A stretch of 32,000 nucleotides of DNA from Candidatus Helarchaeota ASGARD archaeon Hel_GB_B (GTDB lineage: Archaea; Asgardarchaeota; Lokiarchaeia; Helarchaeales; HEL-GB-B). Below the pieces are notes generated by a model. The model was not told where the DNA came from, searched no databases, and saw only the letters and a list, made by a program, of their open reading frames with translations. The stretch spans positions 37,566-69,565 of the forward strand of contig SUPR01000002.1 in NCBI GenBank assembly GCA_005191425.1, given 5' to 3'. How positions within the stretch are numbered: position 1 is the first letter of the stretch; the number at the start of each line of letters is the position of its first letter. A program made the translations under genes and the position numbers. Positions 28,775 to 32,000 of this stretch are shown piece by piece.

Positions 28775-30001
28775 TTAATGTGCAACTGCCATATTTTCCA
28801 AAATCTTTTTACCTTCTAGCGGTCCTATAGCAATTAGAATATCATTTTTCTCAATTTTTAAATTCTTATTCGGTGAATAAATCCAATCACCATCTCTTTT
28901 CAGTGCTATTATTTGCATACCTGTTTCTATCTGTAATTTCTTATTTCCAATAGAATAGTCTTCCAGTTCTGAATTTTCTTCAACTTGGATTCTAATAATC
29001 GTTTCATCGGCTTCTGACAAGACGAAATTTACAATTGGGTGTAATTCTAATTTTCTTAGGACAATTTCTGCGATTTGTGCAGTTGCATCTGAAATTGTTT
29101 CAGTACAGATCCCAATTCGGAGCATTCCAAGTAAATTTAATGGATTATCAATTAATTTAGCGAGTTTTAATATCTGTTTCTCAAAATCAAGGTGTAGTTC
29201 GTCAATAATTTCCTCCATTTCTATGACATCTTGTGCTACTTCTTCGCTATTATATAGAATTGAATAAAAAGATAATCCGACCATTATTTCTGATTTATTT
29301 TTTAGTTGAAATAACATTGATTCTACTTCATCAAGAAGTTTATTTATTGGTGATTCATTTTCCTTACTAATATTTAATTTTCTTTCAACTTTTTGACATT
29401 CTTGAAGTTCAGTAGATGTACCATCTCCTAATAATAAATTGACCATATGAATACATGGGATCGTCCCTCTTACTAATAGAATATCCTCTGCTTTTATCTT
29501 AGTATCTTTATTTGGGTCGTAAATCCATTCATCACCCCGTCTTATTGCAATTATATCTGCCCCTGTTTCAGAGCGTACTTTAATTTTACCGATTGTTTGG
29601 TTATTATATTTCGACTTTCTAGATACTACTATTCGCGAGATTGGCTCGGAAGAATGACAAATAATATCTGTCAATATTTCATTAAATCCCATTTTTTGAA
29701 CTACTATTCCGGCAATATCAGCAGCAGAATCTGCAATTTTATTAATTGCATGAGCTATTGTAATAATAGGCACCAATTTTTTTGCAGAATCAATATCTCT
29801 ACCCGCTAGCATAGCGTTCATCATAACATGATAAGTCAATGTATTAATTTTTTCTTCTAACTTATAAACTTCTTTCCCTATCTCCTCATTTTTAAACAAT
29901 ATTGCACTATATGCAAGGTCGATCATCAGTTCAATGGTATTTTTCATGTCTGTCATCAGTTGTCTGACACTAATAGGTCGATATGTTATTTCTTGAGTCA
30001 T
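28775..30001 (-). CDS. Tandem (PhoU-like + TrkA-C/RCK_C) x2 protein
   Basis: Two copies of MKNTIELMIDLAYSAILF / LKNKSEIMVGLSFYSILY helical domains, each followed by RCK_C (GADIIAIRRGDEWIYDP / GMQIIALKRDGDWIYSP). Start approximate. Confidence 0.85.
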   Translation of the reverse strand: MTQEITYRPISVRQLMTDMKNTIELMIDLAYSAILFKNEEIGKEVYKLEEKINTLTYHVMMNAMLAGRDIDSAKKLVPIITIAHAINKIADSAADIAGIVVQKMGFNEILTDIICHSSEPISRIVVSRKSKYNNQTIGKIKVRSETGADIIAIRRGDEWIYDPNKDTKIKAEDILLVRGTIPCIHMVNLLLGDGTSTELQECQKVERKLNISKENESPINKLLDEVESMLFQLKNKSEIMVGLSFYSILYNSEEVAQDVIEMEEIIDELHLDFEKQILKLAKLIDNPLNLLGMLRIGICTETISDATAQIAEIVLRKLELHPIVNFVLSEADETIIRIQVEENSELEDYSIGNKKLQIETGMQIIALKRDGDWIYSPNKNLKIEKNDILIAIGPLEGKKILENMAVAH

Positions 30002-30158
30002 CTTTTTTTCATTATTATATTTTAATTCAATCATCAAAAATAAATTTTTTTTATTAAGTAATAATTTAAATTACAATTATTTTAATATTTTATTAATTCT
30101 TATTTTAAATTAAATAATATATAAATTGCTTTACTTGAAATGTCTAAGTTTGGTTAAT

Positions 30159-30893
30159 ATGGAAACAGATGAGCAGAAATATCAGAAAAGAGCAACAGCC
30201 TATAAATTCAATATTGAAGATATCAATAAAAGTCAACTAATTAATGGCGATTTCGGACAATATTTTAGTAATTATAATTTAAAAATTAAACGAGTAAGGA
30301 TTATGGCTACTGTCATTGAAAAACGAGAATTTGAAGGCGGTGAAAACCTTGACCTATCTACATCGAATACTGACCGCAGCGCATATGGATTTTTGGTATT
30401 AGATGATGGCACTGGAACCATTCGTCTTAAAGTATGGAAAGAGAATGTCAAAATGTTATATGATATTAACATTGGCGATATTGTTGATACTGTCTCTATA
30501 TTAAGAAAATATCAAGATGAAATTTATCTCTCGCCTGAATTCATTACAAAAATTGAAGACCCAAACTGGGAGTTATTAAGAGAGCTTGAAATAATACAAT
30601 TAAAAAAGATTTATCCATTAATGAGTGAAGAGCACAATCATAAAATTGAAAAAAAATCAGTAAAATCAAATAAAGAAAAAATTATTAATGATGAAATAGG
30701 CGATGCAAATAACTTGTTAGAAAACAAAATTCTAAACATCATTAAATCATCGGAAGATTCTGAAGGCATATCAAGAGATGAACTGTATAAAATACTCAGC
30801 AATTCAAAATTTGATATTGACGAAAGTTTAAAAGAATTGATTAATAAAGGAAAAATTGTTGAACATACAACTGGAAAAATTAAAGCAACATAA
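30159..30893 (+). CDS. Rpa2/RPA32-like OB-fold ssDNA-binding subunit with C-terminal winged helix
   Basis: RVRIMATVI, LVLDDGTGTIRLKVW, DPNWELLRELE, and C-terminal wH ILNIIKS...GISRDEL...LKELINKGKI. Confidence 0.85.
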   Translation: METDEQKYQKRATAYKFNIEDINKSQLINGDFGQYFSNYNLKIKRVRIMATVIEKREFEGGENLDLSTSNTDRSAYGFLVLDDGTGTIRLKVWKENVKMLYDINIGDIVDTVSILRKYQDEIYLSPEFITKIEDPNWELLRELEIIQLKKIYPLMSEEHNHKIEKKSVKSNKEKIINDEIGDANNLLENKILNIIKSSEDSEGISRDELYKILSNSKFDIDESLKELINKGKIVEHTTGKIKAT

Positions 30894-30905
30894 AAATGTG
30901 ATATT

Positions 30906-31325
30906 ATGACTGATCTTGATGAATATAAAAGTTATCTAAAAAGGGCTCGTTCTATGATCCCTAAAAAAGTATTTGAATTCGAAAGATTTACTCTTAAAAA
31001 GGTAGATATATATTCGGAAGGAAACCGTACAATAATTCAAAATTTTAAAGAGATCACTGACCTGTTAAATCGGGATCCAAACCATTTATTAAAATATTTA
31101 AATAGAGAACTAGCTACCAGAGGAAACTTACAAGGCGGAAGGGCTATATTCGTGGGCAGATTTAGTGAATTTTTATTAAATTCCCTTATTAAAAGATATA
31201 CTGAAAAATATGTTATTTGCCCTGTCTGTAAAAGACCTGACACCAGGCTCATTAAAGAAGGTAAATTTTCATTTATTCAATGCGATGCTTGCGGTGCTAA
31301 AGAATCGATCAAATCAATAATTTAA
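30906..31325 (+). CDS. eif2b: Translation initiation factor aIF-2 beta
   Basis: EGNRTIIQNF, LNRDPNHLLKYL and YVICPVCKRPDT...CDACGA. Confidence 0.96.
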   Translation: MTDLDEYKSYLKRARSMIPKKVFEFERFTLKKVDIYSEGNRTIIQNFKEITDLLNRDPNHLLKYLNRELATRGNLQGGRAIFVGRFSEFLLNSLIKRYTEKYVICPVCKRPDTRLIKEGKFSFIQCDACGAKESIKSII

Positions 31326-31338
31326 AGTTGATATTCTA

Positions 31339-31641
31339 ATGTTTGTATCTCTCAAAATTACTAAAAGTAAGGATGATATATTAGTAGCCATTTGCGATTA
31401 TGAATTATTAAATAAAACGATAAGAGATGGTATCAAAAAAATTAAAATTTCCTCCGCATTTTACGGTGATCATAAAATTCATGTCGATGATAAGGAATGC
31501 ATTGAAAGTTTATTATCCGCAACAATGACAAATCTAATTGGTAAAAATATTATTCAAAAAGCTCTTGACCTAAAAATTATTCATAAGAACGCAATAATCT
31601 GGATTGGCGATGTACCTCATGCCCAAAGTATTAAATGTTAA
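31339..31641 (+). CDS. DUF424 family protein
   Basis: LVAICDYELL, FYGD, ATMTNLIGK, IGDVPHAQ. Conserved archaeal position next to eIF2beta and nmd3. Confidence 0.9.
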   Translation: MFVSLKITKSKDDILVAICDYELLNKTIRDGIKKIKISSAFYGDHKIHVDDKECIESLLSATMTNLIGKNIIQKALDLKIIHKNAIIWIGDVPHAQSIKC

Positions 31642-31676
31642 TTAATTAGTTTTTAAACGCGCCCTATTTTTCCTTA

Positions 31677-31684
31677 GAAGGTGA
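31677..31684 (+). promoter_or_regulatory. Shine-Dalgarno GAAGGTGA for nmd3
   Basis: Anti-SD match 5 nt upstream of in-frame ATT 31690. Confidence 0.55.
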
Positions 31685-32000
31685 CCAAAATTTCAAGTAA
31701 AGGAATTAAATTTTGTATCGATTGCGGAAGTTTAAATGTAAATCTTTTAAAAAATCGTTGTAAAAATTGCTATATTAAAGCATATCCATTAATTAAAAAG
31801 AAAAAGAAAATATCTGATATTAAAATATGCAAAAATTGTTCTAATTATTATAATGGACACTGGCTAAAACCTAAAAATATAGAATTTTATGACTATTTAT
31901 CTGAAATAATTAACGCATCTATTGATAATTTTATTGAAAAAACGGATAATATCGTCCTAAATTTTGAGTTTAACACTACTTTTGACTTATTATGGTCCAA
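31681..32000 (+). CDS. nmd3: NMD3 family protein, 3'-truncated by window edge (not in ORF track)
   Basis: Manual translation: FCIDCG...RCKNCYIK...KICKNCSNYYNGHW, the NMD3 N-terminal Zn-binding pattern. Frame is open to the window end. Start is GTG 31681 or ATT 31690. Confidence 0.8.
   Translation, partial: MTKISSKGIKFCIDCGSLNVNLLKNRCKNCYIKAYPLIKKKKKISDIKICKNCSNYYNGHWLKPKNIEFYDYLSEIINASIDNFIEKTDNIVLNFEFNTTFDLLWS

Overview
Very AT-rich archaeal chromosomal window, most likely from an Asgard archaeon (inferred from gene content: eL38, a presenilin-type protease, Cdc48, an Rpa2-like protein, MIT-like and longin-like proteins, GAGGTGA-type Shine-Dalgarno sites; not provable from sequence alone). 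It is mostly core genes: hdrA-mvhD fusion (5'-truncated), polyferredoxin, cdc48, geranylgeranyl reductase, aEF1beta, rfcL/rfcS, truD, pth2, hef, rpl40e, tRNA-Val, rpl38e, a beta-CASP nuclease, a PAC2 protein, ahcY, eIF2beta, DUF424 and nmd3 (3'-truncated). No mobile element or CRISPR array was seen. Main discovery: the RFC small-subunit gene is interrupted inside its Walker A codons by a 27-nt insert (10777-10803) carrying an in-frame UGA. The insert folds into a textbook bulge-helix-bulge (BHB) motif, and cutting at the canonical positions restores GPPGIGKTS. It looks like a tRNA-endonuclease-spliced mRNA intron in a replication gene. Supporting context: a tRNA-Val(CAC) with a 28-nt non-canonical D-loop intron, and an intronless but 23/27-nt identical Walker A sequence in the adjacent rfcL. 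There are also candidate AUU start codons for rpl38e and nmd3.
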